Positions 1 to 10,406 of a DNA stretch of 64,000 nt are shown here, in pieces. The translations under genes were made by a program, and so were the position numbers. The notes under the pieces were generated by a model. That model worked only from the letters and a program-made list of their open reading frames with translations. It was not told the origin of the DNA and ran no database searches. Position 1 is the first letter of the stretch; each line of letters begins with the position of its first letter. The DNA is taken from the NCBI GenBank assembly GCA_963815195.1, contig CAWFGE010000007.1, forward strand, positions 288,001 through 352,000, written 5' to 3'. The stretch is from an uncultured Planctomycetaceae bacterium. Its GTDB lineage: Bacteria > Planctomycetota > Planctomycetia > Planctomycetales > Planctomycetaceae.

Positions 1-605
1 CGGGTTGGGCGGCGTGTCGGGGAGCGTCAGGCAATACAATCCGTAAAGGATCGAGATGACGCCCGAAACGCGGAGGGCGTCCGCGATCCGCGCCCGGCAT
101 CGGGCGGATCGTCGCCCGCGAAAAACGGCGGCAGAGAATCGAACCGCACATTGGTCTTGAGCCAAAGCATCGAAAACAACCAGCCCGCCGCGATCCAACC
201 GATCGTCCCCCACACCCGCACCAACGGAAACTGCCGCTTGGGATCCTCCAGATGACTCATCGCCAACGAATTGGTCAGGCCCAACGTCGGCATATAAAGC
301 ACGGCATAAATGATCGACAGCATGAGCCAGGCCGCGAACGTCGTTTGATCGGCCAGCAGGAAATTGATGATCCCGCCCGCGATCAATACGGCCGAGAGAT
401 ATTTTTGCGTCGCGAAATATCGGTCCGCCAACTGCCCGCCGAGAAACGGAGCCGCCACCGCTCCAATCGCCGCCGCCACCGCCGCGATCCACGCCACCTC
501 GCCGCCTTCGAAGCCGAGTTCGCCTTTCAGATACCGCGGCAAGATCGGCATCCAAATGCCCCACACGGCATACTGCAGGAACATCATCAAGCACAGTCGA
601 AACAT
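1..605 (-). CDS. MFS nucleoside:H+ symporter family (NupG/YegT-like), 5' part; runs off the window; frameshift near 90
   Basis: MMFLQYAVWGIW, GQLADRYF, LYMPTLGLTNSLA and FPLVRVWGTIGWI motifs. After the frameshift the reading continues as IADALRVSGVISILYGLYCLTLPDTPP. Confidence 0.85.
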
Positions 606-691
606 GGCGTCCCAAGGGGCAAAGGCCACACGGATCTCATAAAGGGAGCTGGGGTTCTTCAAGTCGGAGAACCTCAGATTTCGGAAGGTTT

Positions 692-726
692 TGTCCCCTC
701 TCCCCTTGGGGGAGAGGGTTAGGGGA
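692..726. repeat. REP-like palindrome (CCCCTAACCCTCTCCCCCAAGGGGAGAGGGGAC on the - strand)
   Basis: Hairpin cctctcccc-tt-gggggagagg in the intergenic gap. Confidence 0.6.
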
Positions 727-798
727 AGCGACTGGTTTAATCCGCATCCACTCTTGATCAAATCCGCTCAAGGAAAGAATGGGCGCAAATGTGCCGGT

Positions 799-2041
799 TC
801 AGTCTACACCAAAATGCTCGTTCAACGGGCGCTGGTAGGCATCGACGGTGCCGTCCAGCACATCTTGAACCCGAACCCGCGCCGGCGAGGGACGATTCCA
901 AGACCGCAAACGCGCAGGCGAGATCGGTGAGTCCCTCCCGGCCGTCGAGTTCCGGCTTCCGCTCGTGGCGGATTGCTTCCAACCAATCGTGCTGGGTCAA
1001 CACGAAGTCATCCTCCGAATCGATCGGAAAATCCCGCTGCCGAATTTCATCGCCCGCCTGGGACCGATAGAGTTCGCTCAAGCATTGCGGCCCGCCCTGA
1101 TCGGTCGAAAACTGATCGCCCGCGGCGCGGCCGCCTCGGCCGTGGAATACCATGCCCGGACCAAACGTCGTCACGCCGCCGTGCCCGGCCCAACTCGCGG
1201 TCAGGCTGCCGAAGGCTCCTTGGGCGGTTTCGAACGAGGCAAAGCAGGTGTCGTCCGCATCGCAATCGACGGCGTTTGTTTCCCGGCCGTCGGCGTCTTT
1301 TGTGATCCGCCGGGGCTCGACGATCGAAGCTCGGCCTTCGACCGCGACGACATCGCCCGCGACGTGGCGGATCAGGTTGAATTGATGCACGCCCAGATCG
1401 AGCGTGATGCCCCCGGCCTCCAGGCGTTTGTGCCGCCAAGGCGTTTCCGCGACGATGAGATCCGGTGCCCACCAGCGGGCGATATTCCCCGCGAGCACCA
1501 ATTGGAGCTTGCCGCCCGGGCCGCCGTGAAACAGCCAATGCAAGTGCCGGGCCGCCGGCCGAAAGCGGGCGTTCTCGAACACGCCGAACACCAGCCCGCT
1601 CTTTTCGGCATGCTCGCACATCCGCCGGCCGGCTTGGATCGCCGCCGCCAGCGGCTTTTGCGTGAGCAGATGCTTCCCCGCATCGAACGCGGCTTTTGCG
1701 ATTCTGTGATGCAGCGCATGCGTGCTGAAATCGTTAATGGCATCCAGCGGAGCCTCGGCGATCATTTGGCGGTAATCGGTGTAGGTTTTCACGTCGCCCG
1801 TGTCCTGGAAATCGGAAAGATATTCCTCTCCGATCGCCAGCGGATCGCCGGGAATGTCGCTCACCGCCGGCCGCTGGGCCGGGCCTTTTCCCCTCGCGAT
1901 ATAACTCGCGGCATCGGTTTCTTTCCGCGAGCAGAGGGCCGTGATGCGAAAGTCGTCAAACCCCAACTCGCGCAGCGTCCGATATGCCCGCAAATGCGCC
2001 GCCAAAATCCGCCCGCACCCGACAATGCCAATGCGAATCAT
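799..2041 (-). CDS. Gfo/Idh/MocA family oxidoreductase; frameshift near 875
   Basis: IRIGIVGCGRI Rossmann motif, HLLTQKPLA, LDLGVHQF. The likely true C-terminus, VQDVLDGTVDAYQRPLNEHFGVD*, lies in the alternate frame and ends at 799. Confidence 0.88.
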
Positions 2042-2061
2042 GATTCATCCTTTCGATCGTC

Positions 2062-2254
2062 TAAGTCAAACTGTAAGTCGAAGGTGGAGGGGGTGGCTGG
2101 GGCGCAAAGAGATGTTCCAGGAAAAATGGCATTTGAGGCCTGGGGCCGTGCGAGATTTTTCTCGCCCGACCACAGCCCCAGAATTCGTGGTTCAAACCCT
2201 GTTCAAAGCGGAATTAGCGCCCCAGCCACCCAATCGGTTACAGTTTGAAGTTTA
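2062..2254 (+). mobile_element. ~190-bp structured MITE/REPIN-like element, copy 1
   Basis: Nested inverted repeats TCAAACTGTAA/TTACAGTTTGA, GGGTGGCTGGGGCGC/GCGCCCCAGCCACCC and CTGGGGC/GCCCCAG. Aligns along its length with the reverse complement of 63164-63340. Confidence 0.7.
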
Positions 2255-2427
2255 AGAAGTATCTCGCGGCGGCTGGAGTCGCCGCTCCGGACGTTGCGCG
2301 CACCTTGCGTTGAAGATTGATTGGTTTCCGTCCCCTTGTAACACACGCCATGGGCCGCCGCCATTGTATGAAGAGGAAGATTGAGGCCCGCCCCGAAGAT
2401 GAGATTTATTAGTTCCAAAAAAGGCCT

Positions 2428-2496
2428 GAGCCGCGCACGTAGTAAGCGGTCTTGCATTGTGTGAATCCTGAAAACCGCTTACTTCGCACGCGGCTC
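2428..2496. repeat. REP family A pair (GAGCCGCGCACGNAGTAAGCGG...CCGCTTACTNCGTGCGCGGCTC)
   Basis: Inverted pair; further copies at 17266-17348, 40346-40367, 49758-49814 and 57943-57997. Confidence 0.85.
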
Positions 2497-2550
2497 TTGA
2501 AAACCAAACCAATTTCCTGAGCTTTTTTGGAAGTACTGACGTTGCCAAGA

Positions 2551-2576
2551 CCGGCGGCTAGCGCCCGGCCGCTCAC
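2551..2576. repeat. REP family B arm (CCGGCGGCTAGCGCCNNGCCGCTCAC), overlapping the antiporter stop codon
   Basis: Same motif at 21181-21286, 42888-43145 and 61991-62017. Confidence 0.8.
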
Positions 2577-4417
2577 TCCGCTTCCGATTCCGGCGGAGGA
2601 TCGATCAGGCTGATCAACACCTGGCCGGGTTCCAGGGTGGGCGGGTTGTCGGCTTCGCAGACTTTGATGCGCTTCGTCTCCGTGGAATACACGAAGAGCG
2701 GAATCGCCGAGTCGCCGTACATGTTGCGGTAATTCTCCGCGGTGAAGTCCTTGGTGATCGGGGTCTTCTTCACGATCGCCCCCGCCGCATGCCGATCCGC
2801 CAGGTCATGCCAGGTCGCGTGTTTGTCGAACAGGAAGCGGGCCGTCAGATGCCCGGCCACGGGTTTTTCGTGCCCGCCCTGCTTTGGTTCGGGCACGAGT
2901 TGAAACTGCTTCGCGCTGTCGAAGGCCTCGGCGAGTTGGATCGTCGCGAGCGAATTGACCTGATCGTTGGCCGTCATCGCGAGCAGATAGCCGATGCCCC
3001 GCAAGTCGAGTTGGTCGAGGATGTGTTCCGTGGTGATTTGCTCGTTGACGGCCCGCAAACCTTGCATGCGGGCATTGGCGGCTTTGCGGTAGTTGGAATC
3101 GACCATCAGCACGGGGATGTCGAGCGATTGAAGCATCAAAGCCAGCTCGACCGTGAAGGCGTCGGCTCCCACGAAGAGCACGCCCGCGGGGTCCGGTTCC
3201 CCGATCCCCAGCCGGCGGGCGACGAACCGGGCCGTCAATCCGTAAACCGAAACCGTGCCCACGATCACCAGGAACACGAGCGGGCTTAAGATCCTGGCCT
3301 CCTTCGCCAAAACCGCCAGCGACTTGGAGCTTTCGCTGGCGTGCGCGAGGTGAAAGATTTCGAGCGTGAACACCGAAGACACCGCCGCCGCCACGATCCC
3401 GCGCGGAGCGAGCCACGAAAGAAACAGCCGTTCTTTCCAGTTCAATTCCGATCCCAAGGTGGACAGCAACACCGCCGCCGGGCGGACCACGAGAATCAAC
3501 AGCAGCACGAACGCCGCCGCCGGCCAGCCGAGTTCCCAAAGCTGCTGCGGGCTGATCCGCGCGGAGAGCACCACGAACAGCACCGAGATCAACAGCACCC
3601 GCAGGGTCTCTTTGAAGGCGATCACGTGTTGAATCGGCGTCGAGTTTTGATTGGCGAGGAGGATGCCGAACATCGTCACCGTGACCAACCCGGATTCCGG
3701 CTGAATGCGGTTCGACAAGGCAAACGTGACGAACACCATCGCCAGGATCAAAGCGTTGTCGAGATAATCGGGAATCCAATGGCGTTTGAAGACTTCCACG
3801 ATCACGCGGGCCGCCAGCCAGCCCGCGACGAGTCCTACGATCCCGGTGCGGAGGATGCTCACGATCGTTTCCCAAGTCGCGGCGCGGATTTCGTGCGCGA
3901 ACACCGCATTGAGCACCAGCACCGCCAGCACCGCGCCGACGGGATCGATGACAATGCCTTCCCACTTCGCGACCGCGGCGACCCGTCCCGTCGGCCGCAC
4001 ATGCCTGAGGAGCGGACCGATCACCGTCGGCCCGGTGACGACCAGAATCGAGCCGATGATGTTCGCCATAAACCAGCTCACGCCCAAGACGTAATGGGCG
4101 AGCACCGCCGAGAGGCCCCACGTCAAGAGGCCTCCGATCAAGACCAGCTGCAACAGCGCTCGCCCGCACTCCGCCATCTCGCGGAACTTGAGCGTGAGTC
4201 CCCCTTCAAACAGAATCACCGCCACCGACAGCGACACGACCGAAAACAACAGCGTCTCGTCCAGGCTTTCAAAATCGCCGGGACGCCGGTACTCCCCCAA
4301 GGCAAACCCCGCCGCGAGCAACACCAGGATCGCGGGCAGATGCAGCCGCCACGCCAGCCACTGGGCCGCGATGCCCACGCCGACGACCAGGCTCAAATAC
4401 AAAGTGACCGACTCCAA
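2573..4417 (-). CDS. CPA1/NhaP-type cation:proton antiporter with C-terminal TrkA-N-like domain
   Basis: About 12-13 TM segments; [24 protein letters not shown] and [11 protein letters not shown] motifs; soluble Rossmann-like tail. Confidence 0.9.
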   Translation of the reverse strand: MESVTLYLSLVVGVGIAAQWLAWRLHLPAILVLLAAGFALGEYRRPGDFESLDETLLFSVVSLSVAVILFEGGLTLKFREMAECGRALLQLVLIGGLLTWGLSAVLAHYVLGVSWFMANIIGSILVVTGPTVIGPLLRHVRPTGRVAAVAKWEGIVIDPVGAVLAVLVLNAVFAHEIRAATWETIVSILRTGIVGLVAGWLAARVIVEVFKRHWIPDYLDNALILAMVFVTFALSNRIQPESGLVTVTMFGILLANQNSTPIQHVIAFKETLRVLLISVLFVVLSARISPQQLWELGWPAAAFVLLLILVVRPAAVLLSTLGSELNWKERLFLSWLAPRGIVAAAVSSVFTLEIFHLAHASESSKSLAVLAKEARILSPLVFLVIVGTVSVYGLTARFVARRLGIGEPDPAGVLFVGADAFTVELALMLQSLDIPVLMVDSNYRKAANARMQGLRAVNEQITTEHILDQLDLRGIGYLLAMTANDQVNSLATIQLAEAFDSAKQFQLVPEPKQGGHEKPVAGHLTARFLFDKHATWHDLADRHAAGAIVKKTPITKDFTAENYRNMYGDSAIPLFVYSTETKRIKVCEADNPPTLEPGQVLISLIDPPPESEAE

Positions 4418-4479
4418 GGCGGCTCATCCTTTGGCGGAAAAGGGAGGATGTGTGTTTCACAAAAAGGAGGCAGGAACTT

Positions 4480-4519
4480 GGGTGCCACGCCCTTCGCTGC
4501 GCTCAGGGACGTGCCACCC
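4480..4519. repeat. REP family C (GGGTGCCACGCCCTTCGC..CTCAGGGACGTGCCACCC)
   Basis: Related inverted pair at 49587-49666. Confidence 0.7.
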
Positions 4520-4703
4520 GATCCATTTGAAAATACGGCGAAAGATCATCCCCCGGCCCTGTCGAAATCAGCCGGGCGTCCGTAGGATAACGTGTTGGAG
4601 CCGATTGGGAGAGCCAGGTTTCGCGCCTCGTCATTTTTTCGCCGAACGCCTCCATCGGCTAAAAAATCATCGAGCCACTCAAACGACTGGGCTGAGCGAA
4701 GTG

Positions 4704-5492
4704 ATGCAACACGAACTTGCCAGCGGGCAACAGGTGCGGCGGGCGTGCCGTCGCGGTGAATGGACCGGACCGACGGCGGGGCTGGCGGCGGGGTTTGCGC
4801 AGGCGAACCTCGTGGTCCTGCCGCGGGATCGGGCGTATGATTTTCTGGTGTTCTGCCAGCGGAATCCCAAACCCTGCCCGCTGCTCGAGGTCACCGAGCC
4901 CGGCGATCCCTGCCCCGCGAAATTCGCCCCGGATGCGGACCTGCGGACCGACCTTCCACGATACCGCGTCTGGCGAAATGGCGAACTAGAGAACGAGCCG
5001 ACGGACATCGCCGGCCTCTGGCGGGACGATTTTGTGAGCTTTCTGATTGGCTGCTCCTTCACGTTCGAGTCGGCCCTCTTGCGGGCGGGCGTTCCGGTGC
5101 GGCACATCGAAGAGAACCTCAACGTGCCGATGTATCGCACGAACATCGCCTGCCGATCCGCGGGAATTTTCGAGGGGCCGATGGTGGTTTCGATGCGTCC
5201 CTTGTCCCCGGCCAATGCAATCAAAGCGGTAGAGATCACCTCGCGGTATCCGATGGTGCACGGCGCCCCGGTGCACTGGGGGACTCCGGAAGAGATCGGC
5301 ATCGAAGATCTTTCGCGGCCCGACTTCGGCGACGCGGTGCCGCTGAAGGCCGGCGAAATCCCGGTGTTCTGGGCCTGCGGCGTCACACCTCAAGCCGCGC
5401 TCATGGCCGCCAAACTTCCGCTCGCCATCACCCACGCCCCCGGCTCGATGTTCGTCACGGATGTCAAGGATGAAACCTTGGCCGCCGGCTGA
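4704..5492 (+). CDS. Putative hydro-lyase, DUF1445 / D-glutamate cyclase family
   Basis: [50 protein letters not shown] and THAPGSMF motifs; ATG at 4704. Confidence 0.92.
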   Translation: MQHELASGQQVRRACRRGEWTGPTAGLAAGFAQANLVVLPRDRAYDFLVFCQRNPKPCPLLEVTEPGDPCPAKFAPDADLRTDLPRYRVWRNGELENEPTDIAGLWRDDFVSFLIGCSFTFESALLRAGVPVRHIEENLNVPMYRTNIACRSAGIFEGPMVVSMRPLSPANAIKAVEITSRYPMVHGAPVHWGTPEEIGIEDLSRPDFGDAVPLKAGEIPVFWACGVTPQAALMAAKLPLAITHAPGSMFVTDVKDETLAAG

Positions 5493-5508
5493 ATCCGCAA
5501 GGCAATTT

Positions 5509-5646
5509 AACGCAAAGGCGCAAAGACCAGACGCAAAGGGCCGCAAAGAAAAACTCTGGCCTCGCATTCATTTTCTGAAGTTGCTCCTCATTCTTCTCTT
5601 GGATTGCTTTGTGTCCTCTGCGTCTTCCCTTTGCGTCTTTGCGTTA
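5509..5646. repeat. REP-like inverted repeat (AACGCAAAGGCGCAAAG...CTTTGCGTCTTTGCGTT)
   Basis: Inverted arms; the right arm plus its flank recurs at about 5893-5970. Confidence 0.7.
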
Positions 5647-5685
5647 AAAAGTTTTCGGGGGCAACGAATCGGAAAATTTTTGCGC

Positions 5686-5882
5686 GGGGGCATCCGAGGA
5701 ATTGGCGCGACCCTGCCGACGGCATCAACCAAGGCAGTCAAACGTTCGGTGCTCGCAATCGGGATTGGTGCTTTCTCTTGATGGGCGACGGCTCCGTCCG
5801 CAAGTTCAATTCGTCCATGGGCCGCAAGCTGCTCAAAGCCCTCAGCACTCCGAATGGGCACGACGACGTGCCCGAATTCTGA
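5686..5882 (+). pseudogene. 3' remnant of a DUF1559 (prepilin/H-X9-DG-type) gene
   Basis: GHPRNWRDPADGINQGSQTFG...FLLMGDGSVRKF...LLKALSTPNG resembles DUF1559 C-termini. There is no 5' part or start; it is flanked by direct repeats. Confidence 0.7.
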
Positions 5883-6109
5883 AAGGTGTTTTCTTTGCGG
5901 CCCTTTGCGTCTTCCTCGCACTTTGCGTTAAAAAGTTTTCGGGGGCGACATATTTGAAAATTTTTACGCGATCGTTGTGGTTCATGGGGTTCCCGGTAGA
6001 ATGCGTGGTTGGGGAAAATGGTTCCCCACCAACTTTCAAACCGAAGATGTTTTTGGTTTCCCAAGTTGGCGGAAGTTTCGCACCCACCTGAAGAGGGAGA
6101 ACATAGCCG

Positions 6110-6757
6110 ATGCGAGACGTAGATAAGCAAGTTCCCACGGGTCCGCCGGAAACCGGGACGCCGCCTGCGGGCGGGTTCAGTCGCCGCGAGTTCCTGAAAG
6201 GCTCCAGTGCCGCCGCCGTGGCCACGGCGCTCGCGACCGCCGGAGCCGAAGCCCAGGCCCAGGACACCAAACCCAACGTGGCCCCGGCCAAGCCGCAAAA
6301 GATCACGCTCAATGTCAACGGCAAAGATCACACCGTGACCGTCGAGCCGCGGACGCTGCTCCTCACCGTGCTGCGGAACCACTTGAACCTCACGGGCTGC
6401 AAAGACATCGACGAGCGCGACGCCGCCGGGGCCGACACGGTCTTGATTGACGGCAAACCGGTGCTCGCCGGCAGTCGGCTGGCGATCGAATGCCAAGGCA
6501 AGAAGATCAAAACCGTCGAATCGCTCAGAAACGGCGAGATGGTCGACGAAGTCATCGCCTGCTTCGTCAAGCACGATGCGATGCAGTGCGGCATGTGCAC
6601 GCCGGGCTTCGTGATGGCCACGCGGGCGTTCCTCGACAAAAACCCGCACGCCACGCTCAAAGAAATTCAAAGCGGCCTGGGCGGCAATATTTGCCGCTGC
6701 GGGACCTACGACGGCATCACCAAATGCGCCCTCGAACTGGCGAAAGGAGGTGCGTAA
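6110..6757 (+). CDS. Xanthine-oxidase-family [2Fe-2S] small subunit (PaoA/CoxS-like) with Tat signal; N-terminal cluster ligands absent
   Basis: SRREFLK twin-arginine motif; QCGMCTPG and NICRCGTY intact; first cluster region reads TGCKDIDERDAAGADTV...VLAGSRL. Confidence 0.9.
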   Translation: MRDVDKQVPTGPPETGTPPAGGFSRREFLKGSSAAAVATALATAGAEAQAQDTKPNVAPAKPQKITLNVNGKDHTVTVEPRTLLLTVLRNHLNLTGCKDIDERDAAGADTVLIDGKPVLAGSRLAIECQGKKIKTVESLRNGEMVDEVIACFVKHDAMQCGMCTPGFVMATRAFLDKNPHATLKEIQSGLGGNICRCGTYDGITKCALELAKGGA

Positions 6758-8903
6758 TGGCGCGTGAAGTTGCTTGGAAACCGATGGGTGATAATGTCCT
6801 CATCGGCACCGAAGTTTCGCGGCTGGACGGCGTCGATAAAGCCTCCGGCTATGCGAAATACAGTGCCGACATCAACACGCCCGGCACCTTGTACGCTCTC
6901 GTCCTGACTTGCCCCCACGGTCATGCGACGGTGAAGAGTTTGGACCTTTCGGCGCGAAGAAAAGCCCCGGCGTGAAGGCGACCCACATCTTTAACGATAC
7001 CGGGGCGGAACTGTTTTGGGATGGGGCGCTCGTCGCCGCCGTCGCCGCGGAGACGCTCGAACAAGCCCAGGACGCCATTCGGGCCATCAAGGTCGAATAC
7101 GAAGTCCTCGAACATTTCGTGGATGAAGACGACCTCCGCGGCGCGGAAGTCGCCAAGCGGACGAAAGAACCGCAGGAATCCAAGAAAGGCGATGTGGAGG
7201 CGGCTTTGAAAAAAGCCAAGGTCGTCCACAAAGGCCATTATGGGATTCACACCATCACCCACTGCTGCATGGAGCCGCACGGCTCGCATTGCGAGTGGAG
7301 CGAGGACGGCAACGGTGTCCTCACCGCGCATCTTTCGACGCAAAACGTGTCGGGGACCGGCGGGCAGTACGCCGGGCCTTTGGGCGTGGATCAATCGAAG
7401 GTCACGATCATCTGCAACTACATCGGCGGCGGGTTTGGTTCCAAATTCGCCGTGGATGAGTGGGGCGTGGCCTGCGCCAAAATGGCCAAAGAAGCCGGCC
7501 GACCGGTGCGGTTCCTGCTCGACCGGGCGACCGAGTTGAAATCGGCCGGGCAACGGCCTTCGGGCTTTGCCGATGTCACCATCGCCGCCGACGCCAACGG
7601 CCGGATCACGGCGTGGGACAGCGTGCACTGGGGCTCGAACGGCATCAAAGGCGGCACCGTCGCGGTGAGCCAGTATCCCTACGTGTTCGATTTCGAGAAC
7701 CGCAACCGCAAGGCCATCGGCATCGAAACCAACACCGGCGATTCCCGCGCCTGGCGGGCACCGAACCATCCGCAGCTTTGTGCGATGACCTGCACGGTGA
7801 TTGACGATCTGGCCGCGAAGCTCGAAATGGACAGCTACGACGTGTTCATGAAGAACCTCGACCAGACTCCGAAAGCCGATGTCTATAAGGCCGAGATGGA
7901 GATCGCCGCCAAACTCATCGACTGGAAGAAGAACTGGCATCCCCACGGGAAAGGCGAGAGCAAAGGGGGGATGAAGCGCGGACTCGGAATGGCCCTCCAT
8001 ACCTGGGGCGGCCGGGCTCATGCCGGGAGTTGCACCGTGAAGGTCAATCCCGACGGCACGGTGGAATCCACCTCCGGCAGCCAGGACATCGGCACGGGCA
8101 CGCGGACGGTCATCGCCATCGTGCTCGCCGAGACCTTCGGCATTCCCGTGGAGATGGTGAAAGTCAATATCGGCTCCAGCAAGTATCCCCGCTCCGGTCC
8201 GTCCGGCGGGAGCACCACCGTGGGCGGCGTGAGCGGCCCCAACCGCCGAGCCGGCTTGGAAGCCCTGTGGAAGATCTTCGATCTCGTCGCCAAGAAGTAC
8301 AACGTCAATGCCGACGACCTCAAAGCCGACGGCGGAAAGATTCTCGCCGGCAGCAAAGTGGTGTGCACTTGGAAAGACGCCGCCCGGCTCACCGGGCCGA
8401 TGGGCCTTGAAGTCCAAGGCCAGGGACCGAAGAACGACGGCCTCACGTCCGACGGCGTCGGCGGCGTGCAGATGGCCGACGTTTCGGTGGACACCGAGAC
8501 CGGCAAGATCAAGATCAACAAGCTCGTGGCCGTCCAGGACTGCGGGCTGATCATCGACCTCAAAACCGCCGAGAGCCAGGTGCTGGGCGCGTTAATCATG
8601 GGCATTGCCTATGCGATTACCGAAGAACGCATCATGGACAAGAAGACGGGCCGGTTCATCAATGCCGACCTCGAAAATTACAAGCTGCCTCGCCTAGGCG
8701 ACATCGGCGAACTCGTCGTCGAGATGTACCAGCCCGAAAGCGAGTACAAACGCGGCGTGATCGGGCTGGGCGAACCGCCCGTGATTTCCCCCGGCGCGGC
8801 GATTTCCAACGCGGTGGCCAACGCCCTCGGCGTGCGGGTTCCCGTGCTTCCCATGACCCCCAAACGCGTCCTCGATGCGCTGGAGAAAGGAGGTAACTCA
8901 TGA
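6757..8903 (+). CDS. Xanthine-dehydrogenase-family molybdopterin-binding subunit; frameshift near 6955
   Basis: RLDGVDKASGYAKYSAD, HCCMEPH, GGGFGSK, AWRAPNHPQ, QDIGTG, SGGS and GLGEPP (catalytic Glu position); ATG overlaps the upstream TAA. Confidence 0.92.
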
Positions 8904-9901
8904 GACCCTTTGAGTATGCCAGTCCGCGGACCGAAGCAGGAAGCCGTGGAACTTCTAAACGACCACCAGGCCAACACCGCCGTCCTTGCCGGCGGGACGG
9001 ACCTCATCAACTTGATGAAACAAGACCTGCTCGCCCCCGCGCGGGTCGTGGACATCAAGAACATCGACAGCCTGAAAACCGTCTCCGCCGACGGCGACGG
9101 CGTTCTCGTCGGCTCGTTGGTGACCTTGGAGGATATGAAAGACAACCCGCTGCTCGCCGACTATCGGTCGCTGATCGATGTCGTGGACGGCGTGAAGTCG
9201 ATTCAGATCCAATCCATGGGCACCGTGGGCGGCGATTTGTGCCATCTGCCCAATTGCTGGTATTTCCGCAATGGATACGGGCTGTTGGGACAAGACAACG
9301 GCGAGTCGCTCGTGGCTGCCGGGGACAATCGCTACCACGCGATCTTCGGTAACTCTGGCCCCGCCAAGTTTGTCTCCGCCACCCGCTTCGGGCCGGCGCT
9401 GATTGCTTGGGCGCAAAAGTGCGGATCGCGGGACCGAAGCCCGATCAGGTCACGCTGCTGCCTTTGGAATACTTCTACGTCACTCCCAAGACGCAAAAGC
9501 AAGGCATCACGGTGCTCTCGCCCGGCCAGATGATTACCCATCTCTGGCTGCCGCCCGCGAAAGCCGTTCGCTCGGCGACCTATGAAGTGCTGGAACTCGA
9601 AGGTCTGGACTGGCCGCTGGCGGCGGCTTCCGCGTGTCTGGAAGTGGACGGCGGGATCGTCCGTGGCGGGCGGATTGTGCTCGGCCACGTCGCCCCCACG
9701 CCTTGGATTTCCGAAGCGGCGATCCGGGCGATCCAGGGCAGGACCATCTCCGAAGAAACCGCCGAACAGGCGGGCGAAGCGGCGGTCGCCAACGCGACGC
9801 CGCTCAAAGACAACCGTTACAAAGTCCGCCTGGCCCGAACCGCGGTCAAACGCGCGGTGCTCAAGGCGGCCCTACAGTTGAACTTGGAAGGAGGTGCCTA
9901 A
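8900..9901 (+). CDS. Xanthine-dehydrogenase-family FAD-binding subunit (PaoB/YagS-like); frameshifts near 8935 and 9410
   Basis: MRPFEYASP, LAGGTDL, GTVGGDLC...CWYFR, RIVLGHVAPTPW and PLKDNRYKV; ATGA overlap with the upstream gene. Confidence 0.88.
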
Positions 9902-9904
9902 GCC

Positions 9905-10135
9905 ATGTCCGAGAAGAATCCCGAACTCGAAATCCTCGATACCACCGGCGAGCGCTGCCGGCATCTCTTGTCTAAGGGCCTGTATATCAACTGGGGCCTG
10001 CCGCCCGGTGAAGAAGCCGCGGGCGATGGCAACTTCTGGTGCGCCCACACGCAAACCATCTTCGGCCCCGACAAACAAATCTGCGACAAAGACCCCTGCT
10101 GCAACCCGACCCGCAGCTGCTACGAAGCCCCCTAA
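9905..10135 (+). CDS. Small Cys-rich hypothetical protein (76 aa, 6 Cys) ending the molybdoenzyme operon
   Basis: GGAAGGAGG Shine-Dalgarno; starts 3 nt after the FAD-subunit stop; CRHLLSK..FWCAHTQ..GPD..C....CC.....C pattern. Confidence 0.75.
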   Translation: MSEKNPELEILDTTGERCRHLLSKGLYINWGLPPGEEAAGDGNFWCAHTQTIFGPDKQICDKDPCCNPTRSCYEAP

Positions 10136-10327
10136 AGGCGAGCAGACCAACCTGCGGTCGGTGCCCGCGTCAGCCCCCTGGTTACTCTAAACGTTTTTTC
10201 AGCGAGCTTTTTTAAGTCTGCAAATTACCGGCCAGCTTACACTGGCCGCTCGCCTTCAACAAAATGCCCGTCGGAGTTTCGGCCCCGGCGGGCGTTTTGG
10301 CGTTTTGGATTTCGCAGCGAACGTTCC

Positions 10328-10356
10328 TTGACGGTTCCGCGTGCGGTGAACAGAAT
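10328..10356 (+). promoter_or_regulatory. Sigma70-like promoter
   Basis: TTGACG-17 bp-CAGAAT, 50 bp upstream of the ATG at 10407. Confidence 0.5.
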
Positions 10357-10406
10357 GAAAGAGTGTAGAGCCCGTCATTCCCATCTTCAAACTGGAGGAT
10401 TTTCCG

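Noticed and set aside
2203..2457. Small - strand ORF (MAAAHGVCYK...) or known RNA (tmRNA, SRP, riboswitch) upstream of the oxidoreductase
   Set aside because: The ORF runs into repeat elements and has no RBS or motif. I recognised no diagnostic RNA motif, and the TACAAT box at 2363-2368 lacks a -35.
4188..4703. N-terminal extension of the DUF1445 ORF
   Set aside because: It overlaps the opposite-strand antiporter and a REP; family similarity starts near 4704.
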